Shown here: positions 51,378-64,000 of the stretch, one piece after another
Position numbering within the stretch: the first letter of the stretch is position 1
Layout of the letters: each line of letters starts with the position of its first letter
Assembly: GCA_030141605.1 (NCBI GenBank)
Contig: JAQGDQ010002371.1
Span: 248,001-312,000, forward strand
Direction: 5' to 3'
DNA: 64,000 nt
Source of the DNA: Tubiluchus corallicola
Taxonomy: Eukaryota; Animalia; Priapulida
Position numbers and translations under genes: made by a program
The notes under the pieces: model-generated
The model's input: the letters and a program-made list of their open reading frames with translations, nothing else
Told to the model about the DNA's origin: nothing
The model's database searches: none

Positions 51378-54294
51378 TAAAATTAATACACAGTAAGCGC
51401 ATGTAGTTTAACCACAAAATTATTCAAAGATATAACTCTCAGATTTAGAGTTCTATTTGCTACAGCGAAAATTGGGCATTATATTTTTACCCTATAGTTA
51501 TGTAGCTACGTAGTTATGTTAGTAGTTAGTATACTATTTTACTTTAAAAGTGACGAGAAATTTGATCGTGAAAACATTTCTTCGAGAAAATATTTCTAAG
51601 TTTTCTAATTCATGCACACTGATAGGTTGCCTTATCCACTCAGTATCCAATGCTGTTGATTAATTTTCTCAAAATAGATTTCATCATTAATAGCATAGCA
51701 GGGGTTTCGGTAATCTAGTTTTTCTAAGTTTATATGAGCATTGCGTAAAATACAGTAGCAAACTATCATAGATAGCTTGGACCAATTTCTGAAGAACATT
51801 CAACAAAATCTATCAGCACAATTGGATCCAAACCTGCAGTCTGATTTTTATTGTGTCTACAGTGATAACGGTCGCGGCAATGACGACGAGGCGTGACAGG
51901 GCTGACCACTAAGTTTTTGGTCCCATAATGATTCTTGGAGAGGGTCAAAAGATAAATGCAACCATATAGTGCAACAGCTTCACGGCAAGAATGTAGAGAG
52001 GCGGAGAAACACTTCGGAATGACACTGAAGTCATTAGTACACACATGTATGTTACTTAACTGTGGGTTCCTTACAGAGTTTACTACAAAAATTATGTTAG
52101 TTCTCTATACAAAATATCCGTTAAACTTAACCAGTGTTTATATCCTAACGGCATGATACTGAGCTTTTTACTCAAAAACCACAAAATATGCAAAGTGTAC
52201 AAAATTAGTATTTTGCTATAATAATATTACTTTTATTTTATTTTATATTTGAAATATTGCGTGAAAAATAAATGTATGTTATCTTGGTTTAATATACGAA
52301 TCGCTTATATGAAGACAGATTATGCTCATATATATATGTATATATAACATAATACATATATATATAACATATACATACATATATAAATATACATATATCA
52401 TTTTATTACTAACTAATAATATATATATATTGTTAGTTATTATATATATCGGGTATTCTATAGAATATCTAGGCATTTTATGAAGTGTCAAAATAAACAA
52501 GGTAAATAATCTGAAATATTTTTTCAACACTTTTTAGGCGTTGTATATAATGTAAAAGTTTGTTACGCAAAATGTGTAATTCAAAGATTTTCGATACACT
52601 TTTCCTATATAGGCATTTTGTAGTTGGTTTTGAAATGCTGAGTTTCGTAGTGGATGATCGAATGATAGGTGGAATACTGCTTGGTTTCGTTTTCGAATGT
52701 TTTGACAATGATGATGACTCTTCTAACGAAGACAGTGAATGTCGCTAATACTGTTTTTATGATGGTGGAGTAGATGCTGTTTGTTCTTTCAAAGACGGCG
52801 ATATTAGTGATGTACTAGTAACATTTAATTTTCAAGAAGGAGCAAAGATTTTGCAAAGCTTTTTCTGTGTCACAATATTTTGAGATGATGATAGCTTGAT
52901 AGGCAGGGTTTCATTTTTGGGTTTAGATTTTTGCACTGAAAGACCCGTTACGCAAGTTTCTCAGGGTCCGTATGAGCTGCTCTGGTTCGATACTCCACAT
53001 CCACACCTGATTCGGAAATACATTCGTTGGACAGCAGGCTGCCTAGAGAAGGAATATGGTCGACCAGGTCAAGCCGCGTAAAGTGATAAAGTGTGAAAGT
53101 GCTGTAGAGAAAACACTTGCTTACCTGTTATATGAAATGCCTGGGAATTTTATAAAATTCCTAAATTTTGCACATTGCCTTGCCTGTAACATCTATACTA
53201 CTTTGTTATTTTTAGTGAAGCTTGAAATCATTGTCTGACATTAGTCAATGTGCGATGTCAGCCAATTTTAATCTCAATCTTGCCTTATTAGCAAATTAAT
53301 TTTAAAAGCTGACACTGTCGCTTGGCTTATGCACTACTAAGATATAAATCAAACAACCAAAGACAGACTTTTTACGACAATAGCACAACATACGTAAGGA
53401 TATTACTTCCACTAAGTGCTGTAATTCACGTAAATTTGCATAAACGCAATCATTACTTAGATATTTAAGTAAATAAAAATTCAATAATTTTCATTGACGT
53501 GATGGTAACTGTGACGGATTTGTACATCCGTTGTAAGCCGTCCTTTTTAATTTGAGCAGTTTAATTTAACCTCAGAAAAACCAAGGAGCGACTGTTGAGA
53601 AAGTTCTTGTGCAATATGACTTTTATCTGCGAGCGCTAGCATCCCAGATCTAAGAGAACCCATACCCATACGCTGATTGTTGTCATTTCATGACGCCAGG
53701 CCGTCCAAGTTTTTATTTTTTTAATTATTGACAACTCGGAAGGACAGAGGTCTAGAGTCACTTTAAAAGATCTGTCAAAAAGCCAAGGACACTGTACATA
53801 AGTCAATATTTGGATTGCCCTTCAACTCTTCCCATGGCTTTCTTAAAATTATTTTTTTTCATAAATATTTAGGTATTGTGAGGTAGATGTATACTTGGAG
53901 TTTTAAAAAGTTGGGAGGCCTAGCTTTTCTTTAAAAAACCTTAAATTATTTAAAGGGTCGAGACAGGAACCAAAATATGAAAATTAGTGAGAACTATAGT
54001 ACGCAGAGTCACGAAATGACAAACCTCCCGCACTTTTCGCATTGGTTAGTCACATGTGAGCATAATAATCTACAAGTATTGACATAAGTGAAACACGCTG
54101 TACCAGGTATAGTCAGGTGTAAACATAATCAGGGCGTTACATTATGTTACGCTCGCAGATTTGGATCTGAATTCAATCAGTCTTGTTGATGTAGTAGCTA
54201 GCTAGTTTAGAATGTTTACGTCTACCAAAGATTTACAAGCTGATCGAGCTGCAAAATTAATCTAACCCTCGTATAACCTATATCTAGCTCCAAG

Positions 54295-57200
54295 CTACTC
54301 TGTTGCACCAGGTCTTTGAGCACCCTGGTTGCAATTTACAAATGTCATTGGTATGTAGTCGGGTTGTTGTCCAGCCGTATGCACTGCAGCGCATACGTTT
54401 GGCGAATCAGAGGCTCTTGCAGCTGAAGTTCCGCGTCGCCTTGTTATGCTAGAACGAAGAGAAGCTAAGTAACTGCTGCTAGTCCTTGTTGACAAAAGAG
54501 ACCCCGTGCGTTGAAGAAAGTATGGCTTCAGTAAGCTTTTCACCTGCAGTAAGAAGTTTATATTCCGTATTACTTTTGGTTATGTTTTGTATTTAACATC
54601 CTAAAATGTATTTTTACACTAAAAAACTTATAATTTCTGAAAAAGTTGAAACTTTATAGCGTTAAACTTTATAGAGGCAGGTGGTACCATTGATTTAGTG
54701 CCGTTTACATGTGTTGTTCAAACTTTACTAAATCAAAGAATGAAATGACTTAATGATGCAGCTTGTGAACAACTAGGTCTGACACTAATTTTTGGCTTAT
54801 CGATCGAGTATATGCACCGACACACCCACACACAAACCATAATAAACAGGTAGTTCAACTCAATTAGTTATTTTGAGTAACTTTATTTGTGAACACAATT
54901 TTCTTATAAATGTGGTAGGCTACAGCTGCTGAAAGAGTCAAAATTTTGCAATTACAGAAATTACGTTCTAGCGCCTACTTGAGAATTTGGAACGAGATAC
55001 GACTAAGAATAATATTTCACTAACATATGCGAAGGCCGTTCCTCTGGGGAAATGCTTTTTCTCCATGCGGTGTCAAGCTGCTTAATTTACGGTTCAATAA
55101 TTTCGAAGAAGTTCATCAAAATCATTCTGGCTCGTGCGATAGCATCGATGAATTTACTAGAACCGGCCCGTAAGTTATCATGTAACATATAAAATTGTAC
55201 TTTGAGCAAACCGCTTGTTGTTTATTGGCTAAACTCAATATACTTCCAACATCTATTTTTCTTTTTATGGGGTAATAATGTACAAATTTTGGCAATACCT
55301 CAAATTCCATGACCATGGTACGCAATTTTAAATTCCACGTGCACAGCGATATGCGTATCCGTGCGTGCGAATGTGAGTGTGTATAGAGGGGCTTAGTATC
55401 AAAGTTGCCAGCCATTACACAGCCCAGTACGCTAGCTCAGCACATACATTACACAAATTAATGAAAGGTATGCACTTGTAAAAGCTCGAGATGCATAACA
55501 GTATTGGCTGTGTTTTCACGCTGTTGAAACTTGCTTAATGCCTCGTTTCAGAGCTGTGACAAAAATAATAAAAAACGTAAGTAATGAAAACATTGATTAA
55601 ATATTAAATCTTATTTCGTGGCTTGCCGTTTGTAGGTCACGTACAGGACTTGTTATGTATTCTTGCGAATCGTGAAGCATTGTCTCAAGTCTCATATTCG
55701 CATACTATGATATCCCAACAGAAGGTAATGAGCGGTAAATGTGCGACGCCTTTTACATGAAAATTTAGTCTAAAAATTGTAAACACGTTAGTCTGTTGCA
55801 TGTTCTAGATTCTGTGGAGTGCGCAGACTATTGCTATGGTGACCCGCAGCCTGCGACCTTCTGAGGTGTTTTAAATTTCTAACGAAATTTTCAAATTGGA
55901 CGGTATCAGATTACGACTTACCTCATGATTAGTAAAACAGAAGAAAAGTGTTATCCAAAATCCCTGCAATCAATAAGAAAGTGTAAACTATTAATCACTT
56001 TAATTACACAAAAGTGTTAATCAAGATCTTTGTTAAATCAAAAATCTTAAATGTAAACAGTAAGGTGTTTTCCATTTAGCATTAAAAGGGAAAATATGAG
56101 AACACATTGTTTTCACACAGTATACCTTTGAACGTGTGAAATGCTACAATCCTTTGCGCGCACTAATCTTTCGAATCATCTGAAAATAGTTTTTAGAGCT
56201 TTTTGTTAATTTTAGTCTATTTTCAGTAAAAATCAGATCTCCAAACGCGGACTCTACAAATTTGTCTAATAACACAGCAAAAAATAAAGCTTTTCAATAT
56301 TGTGTACCTGTGTAGAAACAAGCAAAGCATTGATGATACTAATTACGAGTCTCCACATTCCACCGTTTTCTGGCTCCACGAGAACAAGAACGTGCGTTAA
56401 ACCAAGCAAAGGTAGTAAGAGCAGCAGCTTTCGTGCCCCCTTTCTAACAAAAAAATTAAGCACTGAAACGAGTTTGAATCATAACGTCGTTGTTAAATTT
56501 TAGTGTAAACTAATGCCAAAGTTAATGAATTACCATCATCATCATCATCATCGTCGTCGTCGTCGTCATCATCATCGTCGTCGTCGTCATTATATGAGAA
56601 ATATAGGTAACTGGTAGTAGTGTGAAATTATGATTGCAAAGGAGATACATATTTCTGATTTTGAGTAAAAAATTCCGTTTTTGAATATAATTAGCCAACC
56701 TGTACAGTTGGGTTTTTTAGTTTTCCATGCATACGTATACCTGTATTGTTTGTCGTCCAATTCTCGGATTTTTGTTCTTGATCGTGACAATAAAACATAC
56801 ATTATCGAGCAAAGGAAAACACAATTTATCTGAAAAAAGAAAAAATGAATAAAAACTTTAAGGTGCTTTGAATTTGATAATACGCGCGCAATTGGTCATA
56901 CTCGTTGCTTTAAAACTCTCCATTATTTTTAAGGATTTATTAAAAACTGACAAATTACAGTAAGGACAAACTCAAAATGACGCAACTCGGTGGTTGAGTG
57001 TATGATGGATGACTATTTTAGTGGGATCAAACTAGGCTTCATAAGTGCGCTGCAGTGATTTTAAGCAACAATTATATATTACGCTGTTAATGTTCATTAT
57101 GCAACTAAAAGTTCATTACATAACAATGTACTATTATGTAGCAAAATGCTACATTATGTAGACTCAAAAAATTCCCAACTGCTGAGTAAGAGTTTGCCGT

Positions 57201-59045
57201 AATATGAACGTCGTTGGTCAATTAGTTACAATGAAAATACAAAATCAAATTAACGAGAGACTTATGAAACACCCTATACTATCAACTCGTCAAATATGTT
57301 TATAGTCACGAACCTGGCGTTAAGACCAAGTAATTAATGACAATGAGAAGTTGTAAACTGAAGGAAGCGACGTGCGATTATCGCTCGGAAATTTCGCTAA
57401 ATTTGTATTAAAAATGTTACAGCGGAAAGTTGAACGCGTTAGTTAATTGGCTATGAAAAGATAAACGTGATTTCGCTGTTTAAGTGAGAACAGCAATAAT
57501 GTCATGGTAAATGTTTACAACGCATTCATAGTAAATATGGCTTACATGTGGTTATAAAAACTGCAAAACATAAATCTGGGTACATGGGTATGTATTAAGT
57601 TAAATAATTTTGCACGAGGGTAGTTTTCTTACCAGTAGTACTACAAGAATTGGTACCATAAATATGTAGTCATAAACGTATCCGTCTGAATCCATCCAGC
57701 ACCTTTAGTGATTTGAAAAGTAAATAAACAAGTGTCATAGGTATTCAGAAATGATAACTCTGTAAGTTAAAATCTTAAGAAATATGCAAATCTTTCATAA
57801 TTAAACTACTAATTGTTGAGCATTCTTAAAAGTCCCAAGACAAGAAAGCTAAATGAGATTAAAACATTTGGAAACTCACAATCTTTTCAGGAATGAGATA
57901 GAATAGGTATTACTCGATAGTTTCCTGTTGCATGTAACACCATAAAACACTTTTTCTAGAGTTTAGTTTACATAAGTCGTCTATTTGCGAGAAATTATAT
58001 CCACCTCTCTGTATTTCACGTGTCTTAATTTGGTATTACTGTAACTTATGATATTGTACGTGCTCTTTTTACAATTTTTGTTGTTTTCCTTCTTGTTTTT
58101 TCTACTATAATGCGTAGTTCCCTGTGCGTCATTGTGAAATTCTTACGAATTTCTCATTAAATTTTCCAAATGAAATCTCTACAAACGGCTAGATGACTAC
58201 AATTTTAATTCAATACGTTCCGAGAATGCTGATATCAAGACTCATTCAAAAGATGAAGCCATGAAGATCCTACCCGAGATGTCATAACACATACTTAATA
58301 AAAACCTATAACATAAGGATCATTTTAAGAATAACAACATGGCACCCGCATCTCATTTTAAATGAAAACTGACGTTGAAATTTCAGTACACATGCTGTAA
58401 TTGAAACGCAATAGATAACTCGCGTCTATAATTAATATGCGACAGATGCAACTAACTAAACTCAGTAGTAAATCCTGCACGATCACACAGACTGACGTCA
58501 AGTTAAACATTTTCGTGGCTAAATCTGATTCTGACCGTGTATTGAGAGATGGAAGTAGACACAAAATTACTGGCAATGTTTACTATAATTTTCAAGACAG
58601 CGCAGAACGAAAAATAGCAAAATCCAGCCGCCAAATTATGGCAGTTTGATTCACTCATGTCGGCATACGCTGTTTAATTGTTTATACCGAACAGCACAAA
58701 ATTTCTTGATCATCAACGTTTTAAATGCAACAAGGCTTCATAAAATTAAAGAGATGTATGACACAGCAACTGCAGACAAGAAATCTTACAGCAAATAGTT
58801 GACTGCCGAAGCAAATCAAAGTGGCTGTAGAATTAATGGCAAGGACCAGTTAATTACATTTTTTGTAAACAATGAGGCGGTAGAATTTGCTGAGCGACAA
58901 GGACAGAAGGTCAGCATGATACAATTGCACATGCTTCGCCTATTACACTCGCATGAAAAGATGAAGGTGTGATAGCTCGTATTAGTCAGTAACTGTTTTG
59001 CTCGCAGACGAAAAATTTTTCCCTCGTACTACTATATACTAAATT

Positions 59046-59122
<77 letters not shown>

Positions 59123-61928
59123 CTTTATTTATTTTGTTATTTATTTATTGATCCATCCATTCGTTATATCACACATTCTTTGATACATTCATTCTTTCAT
59201 TCCTTCGTTTCATCAATTAATCCATTAATCAATCAATCATGCATTCGTTCATTCATTTATACTGTCATTCACTCGTTTACACATATCAACGTTCGTAAAT
59301 TCGTTCGTTTCTTTAAAATTGAATACCTGTTTTTATCAAAATGATGTTTTACAATGCCCCAGATCGCTATCACCACAATGGGAATTCCTAGAATCACAAA
59401 AACCTTTTAGACTCAAAAAATTTCACTCGACAAAAGTTATATTTTCAGAGAGTGTTACAGTTAAACAAAAGATGTTTGCGAGTCAGCTATATCAAGCACG
59501 TCCTATAAAGGTAGTTTATGATGGTCAAAAACGGAAAACAAAATCGTGTCATATGTTTACAAATAAGCTCTGATGATAGACATATAAATAAAAACGTTCA
59601 GCGATTACCCCATCCAATGAGAACGAAGAAGAAAAACTCGACTCGTGATGCAGAAAATGTGAAAACTGTCAAAATGAACAGGTACAGTCCTTCGACTAAC
59701 ATCCAGAAAAAGTTTGTACATTGGCAGTAGTTAAAAATTGTTACCATCGACCGGCAAAATATCTAAAATCAAAATATGAAGATATTAGATTACAGCATAA
59801 ATCCTGGAGCTCTGCAATTTCGACTGTCGAATGTAAGAATCTCCAAGACCGAAACTTTGATATTATAATTTTTTAAATTCACAACTTAGTTTCGCGCGAG
59901 CAAAAAAGCCTTGCGTGAATAAGATTCACTGCTTCTATCATTGAGTGCCGCAGTATTTTTAAACTTCTACGTTTTGGCTATAGTTGTACCTTTCAGCTGA
60001 AATTGTACCTTTGCTGGTCTTCTGCTATACGCGTACTGTTTATTTGCAAATTATATACGTTTCTACATATATCCTGTGGTCTAAGAAATGTGGGAAAATT
60101 TGGTACAAAAAGTTCACCCAACAGCCAAGAGCAAAAACTGAGAAATTGCTTGCTTGAAATTCAAGGACAGTACTTTAAACATCATGTCTCCTTGAACTGA
60201 AATTTCAGTCATAATTTGCTTCCTTGTAATAGTATTTTTTATTTCCACATTGTCAAAAATCTCACTCACAAGTCAAACAATGAGCAAAGTATTAAATTAC
60301 CTCATGTGAGTTTCGTTTCATTGATTTAAAGTTTAAATCTGGCACAGATTCTTGGCCGGCTACAGAGCAAAAATCAGTAATTTTGCAAATTATTTCTGAT
60401 CGTTAAAAAGAAACATACTGAATCTCGCTTCGCGATTCCAACAAGAGTTTGATTATTAATGATCCACAACACATCGCTGAAAAAGTAACTGATGAAGAGG
60501 TTAACGTGAATCTTGTTTCTCATGCAACTGAGTTTTCTGAAAAAAAAATTTTTGGGATTATACAAGCCATTAAATTATTTTTGTAATAACAATACACGAA
60601 AACCCCATCATTTATACGCTGTGTGGCATATATAGATTTTATGTTTTTAACAAGGTTAGATTGCAGTTTCTGAATTACGAACGTTCACATTTTTATCCGC
60701 GAAGGCTTGCGTCGCGGAACTAGCAGAACCTCCGATGCTGGTTTTTCATCATTATGCTACACATCCTGCTTTCTACTTTTTAATTCATGTTAACTCGCAG
60801 ACGGAGAGTACTAGGACACGGATCTCACAAGGCAAATACGTGAGGTAGAAGCCTAGAAAGTGGTTTGGTGACTGGTGACCTCGATTAAAGGGTCAATGAC
60901 GCTGGACATCGGTCAGTTTTTCGATTGGCATTCACCATCTCCTCGGACTGAGTTGAATTCGATATTTTTGCATAAGCATTTTTAAAAGTGCTGTGAGGCA
61001 GACCTGTATGTAACCTTTTAAAAAGTTAGGATTTTTAATATCACGAGATAGGGGCCATAATATATAATGAATAATTCTAAAACTATAGTAACTAAAGTCA
61101 GAGAACTTGCCCCATAGACTTTTCCATGCTCCATTTGAACCAGCGAGCCGCATGGTTTATAAGCACCATGCAGAATACTAGCTTCTTGAGGTCCTACTCT
61201 ATTCACAACAGTGACATTGCTTATTTTGAGCCAGTGACATGAATGGGAAAATATGTACTGCAGGTAATATTGAAGCCACCACACATGAATAAATGAGACG
61301 TTGTTTCCTGAGATAAACATTGGTGGAGTTCTGTTATTGTTTTCCATCTTATCCTGCACTGCCTAACGCACTAAGCAATAAAATGAATAATGTATTAAGT
61401 CGTGTTTGGCAGCCAGCTGCTAATGTACGCCCATTATGATAGCACTGCCAGAATAAGCTATTGAAATGGAAACTTTTTGAACTCTTCTGACTAGTGTAAA
61501 ATAAACCTAAACCTAAAATATGGATGTTTACTTCAACTGAATGATTTATTAATTTACTCTCCAATTGAAAAACGTTACTTTTTACGTTTTACAACAAAAT
61601 TATGGCAACAAGAATTTAAATTCCTAAACAAACGTATTTATGGACAACAAATGTCAACATAATAAATCACTAAACAGTTTTCAAAAGTTATGGTCATGTA
61701 CATAGCTACCAACTATTACTTAACTAAGAGCAAAATTGGCATTTTAACTCTCATAATCTCAACCTTCTTGCCTGAGAAAAATGCAGTTTTTTTAATTTAT
61801 CCAATAAATGATAATTATGTTTACCTTGCGCAAAAAAATATCAAAATAGCTAAAACGAGTGAAGTAATCGACAGAGTGTACCCAACGTAGTAGATAAGTT
61901 GTGCAATTCTGTACTCTTGAGCTAGAGC
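54295..61928 (-). CDS. Class B1 (secretin-family) GPCR, CRF/DH44-receptor-like; 5'-partial (TM1 to C-terminus)
   Basis: Exons (minus): 61928-61825 (YRIAQLIYYVGYTLSITSLVLAILIFF), 60536-60419 (RKLSCMRNKIHVNLF), 59762-59609 (CRSMVTIFNYCQCTNFFWMLVEGLYL...IGWG), 59387-59327 (IPIVVIAIW), 57702-57633 (CWMDSDGYVYDYIFMVPIL), 56829-56741 (INCVFL...KQYR), 56443-56308 (LLPLLGLT...LVSTQ), 55963-55922 (GFWITLFFCFTNHE), 54543-54295 (C-tail and stop). Phases are continuous. Ectodomain exons were not identified and probably lie beyond 64000. Confidence 0.9.
59048..59119. repeat. (TA)n microsatellite
   Basis: Directly visible in a GPCR intron. Confidence 0.98.
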
Positions 61929-64000
61929 CTGAAACAAATAGTTGTTGTTCTATTGGCAATATAGAAACACTTTCAATGTGAGAATATCGCAGCTATATAA
62001 GCAAAACTCTTCCCTGCTCTTTCCACAAACAGTTATTTATAACCACCGTAAAGTCGGCAATAATTAAACCGACATTTGAGACAGGAATAAAACTTTTCTG
62101 CCTCCTTATAGCAAGCAGCAAACAGCCGCAAGTGCGTTAACTTAAACGGTGCTTTCCGTTTGGTCTTTTGTAAAGATCAGTCTCAAGAGGCTGAACGGTT
62201 AAACGTTTGGATTTGTTGAATTGTCCAACAATTTTTTTCGAAACACTCTTCGACTTCTAATGGTACAGTAATTGATGATTGACAGTAACGTTACTGCGTA
62301 AGTATAGCTGACAAAAGCAATCAATTGCAAAACAGAAAATTATTTTAAATCCACAAAAGGTCATCCTATTTGATAGTTGGCCTTTGTAAGTATTCTGATC
62401 ACGCCATATGCAAAGTTACGTATTTATATTTAACATCATTAAAAACTATCATTACAACATGTTTTAGTTGGCTTAAAATGGTAATCTGGCAGGGTTTATT
62501 TTAGGTACAATATTGTGAGTTATGAGAATTTTAATATAGCAGTATTCGGTTTTATTAGTCTCCCTTGGGTTCATTTTTCTCTTTATTGTCGTGTGACATT
62601 AGATACTACAGGCCACTGCGTGAAGAATATAAAATATTAACAAGGCATGTAAAAATGATTCTGCTTCGTGTCTGCTAAGCACAATGGGTTTACCAAAATG
62701 TCTAAATTTTTAAACTCGTAGCAGCAGAAGCAGGATTTAATATAGGAAACAAAAACGGTCATTTGCAGTTCAGCAGTTTAGCAAAAATCCTTATGTAAAT
62801 GTTAAACTTCGTTTACAATACTTAACAAAAATGGGCACTTACCTACAATCTATTTAAAAAAACACAATAAAGAAAAAAAGATAACCACAGCGCTCAGTAC
62901 ACCTCTGCGGACTATAGTTAGGCGAAGAAGAAAACGAAAAATAATCACTAAATACCATTTTTGGTATAGAAGAAAATACTCGAGTCAGTGTACTTTACTA
63001 TACTTTCGCCTTTGCGTTTCTTTCGACGCAGTGCTAAATTTAGCTTGTTCAATTAAAACGCATGTTAAAATAAAAAACATTATTATGGTATTGGTGACAA
63101 AAAGATTGCGTAACATAAATTTGTCAGAAACTGAACATAGAACTCAGGTGTCAACCGAAAAAAGGGTCTATTGCAGTATTAACTGGTAAATTACTTCCTG
63201 TAAATGTAGGAAAGAAATGATTAAATGATTCAGTAACTTAATTCTTAGCTAGATTGCATTTGTGTTTATATTATTTAGTACAAACATAAAGTAAAAGTCT
63301 CTATTCCTTGGCAAAGAATAACGTTAAGAACAAGTATATGATGTTATTGGTGTACATGTCTCTAGTGGCAAAGCTGTGCAAAAAGTTATTATTTTTTAAT
63401 TAAAATGGGCCTTAATTTGCTTGAGTCTCGTTGCTGTTAATATTGTCAGAACAACACAGCTCCGTATTCTAGTGTTCGAAAACGCGAAACACTCGTGACA
63501 CACAAACGTGAAAACACGCTTCGCAGCTTCCTAACAGAATCACATTCAAAAGATTTAGGAGTAATCTAGCTGTCACTGCACGTTTTGCAAAAGCAAAATT
63601 TTTACTATTACTATACTGAAACATGGCTGCATCCGGTGCAGCGAGCTATACATTTGCTGTGTTTATGGATTGCAGCATACCGCTTTTCTGACAAAATTCT
63701 CCTATTGTTAGAATTTTTCAGAATTTTCAGAATGTATTCATGAATTGGGAAATCTGTTCAGGTATTGACGTTTCGTTTCGAAAGAACAATTGTAAATTAA
63801 ATGTTAGCCATAACAAAACAGTCTGTGAAAAAGCTTTTCTCTCACTAAGTTCTTTATTTGTTTAGAAACTTAGTACCTCCCTCATAAGACCTCGTCAGAT
63901 GTTAAAAAAGGTACGTCTAATGCCTTATCAGAAATAAACACGCGTTAGTAGTAAAGCATTCTTGGAGTAAATATTAAGGCTACATTTTTTTGTTTAAATG

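Noticed and set aside
62000-64000. Ectodomain exons of the GPCR
   Set aside because: I could not identify a convincing Cys/Trp hormone-binding-domain exon; they probably lie outside the window.

Overview
AT-rich, intron-rich animal DNA, probably from a bilaterian invertebrate; this is not a prokaryotic window. I reconstructed four spliced genes by hand from GT-AG exons with consistent phases. (1) A complete tan-like C45 Ntn-hydrolase (minus strand, 7045-18474, 9 exons, about 392 aa) whose last coding exon is tandemly duplicated, with both copies in frame. (2, 3) Two tandem SLC28/CNT concentrative nucleoside transporter paralogs (plus strand, 24911-39570 and 40984-50692). (4) The 7TM and C-terminal part of a class B1 (CRF/DH44-receptor-like) GPCR (minus strand, 54295-61928), with substitutions in the HETx polar network. 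The rest is rich in mobile DNA: a Gmr1-like Gypsy fragment (integrase upstream of RT), a five-unit head-to-tail Helitron array with related dispersed copies, a decayed APE-RT LINE containing a hAT MITE, pogo/Tigger-like and Harbinger MITEs with intact TSDs, SINE-like remnants and microsatellites. There is also an intronic palindrome of about 290 bp with a minimal hammerhead ribozyme core on each arm. I found no evidence for a wholly new multi-gene system. The best leads are the duplicated tan terminal exon, the Helitron concatemer, the inverted hammerhead pair and the atypical GPCR. All gene models are manual and lack RNA support.
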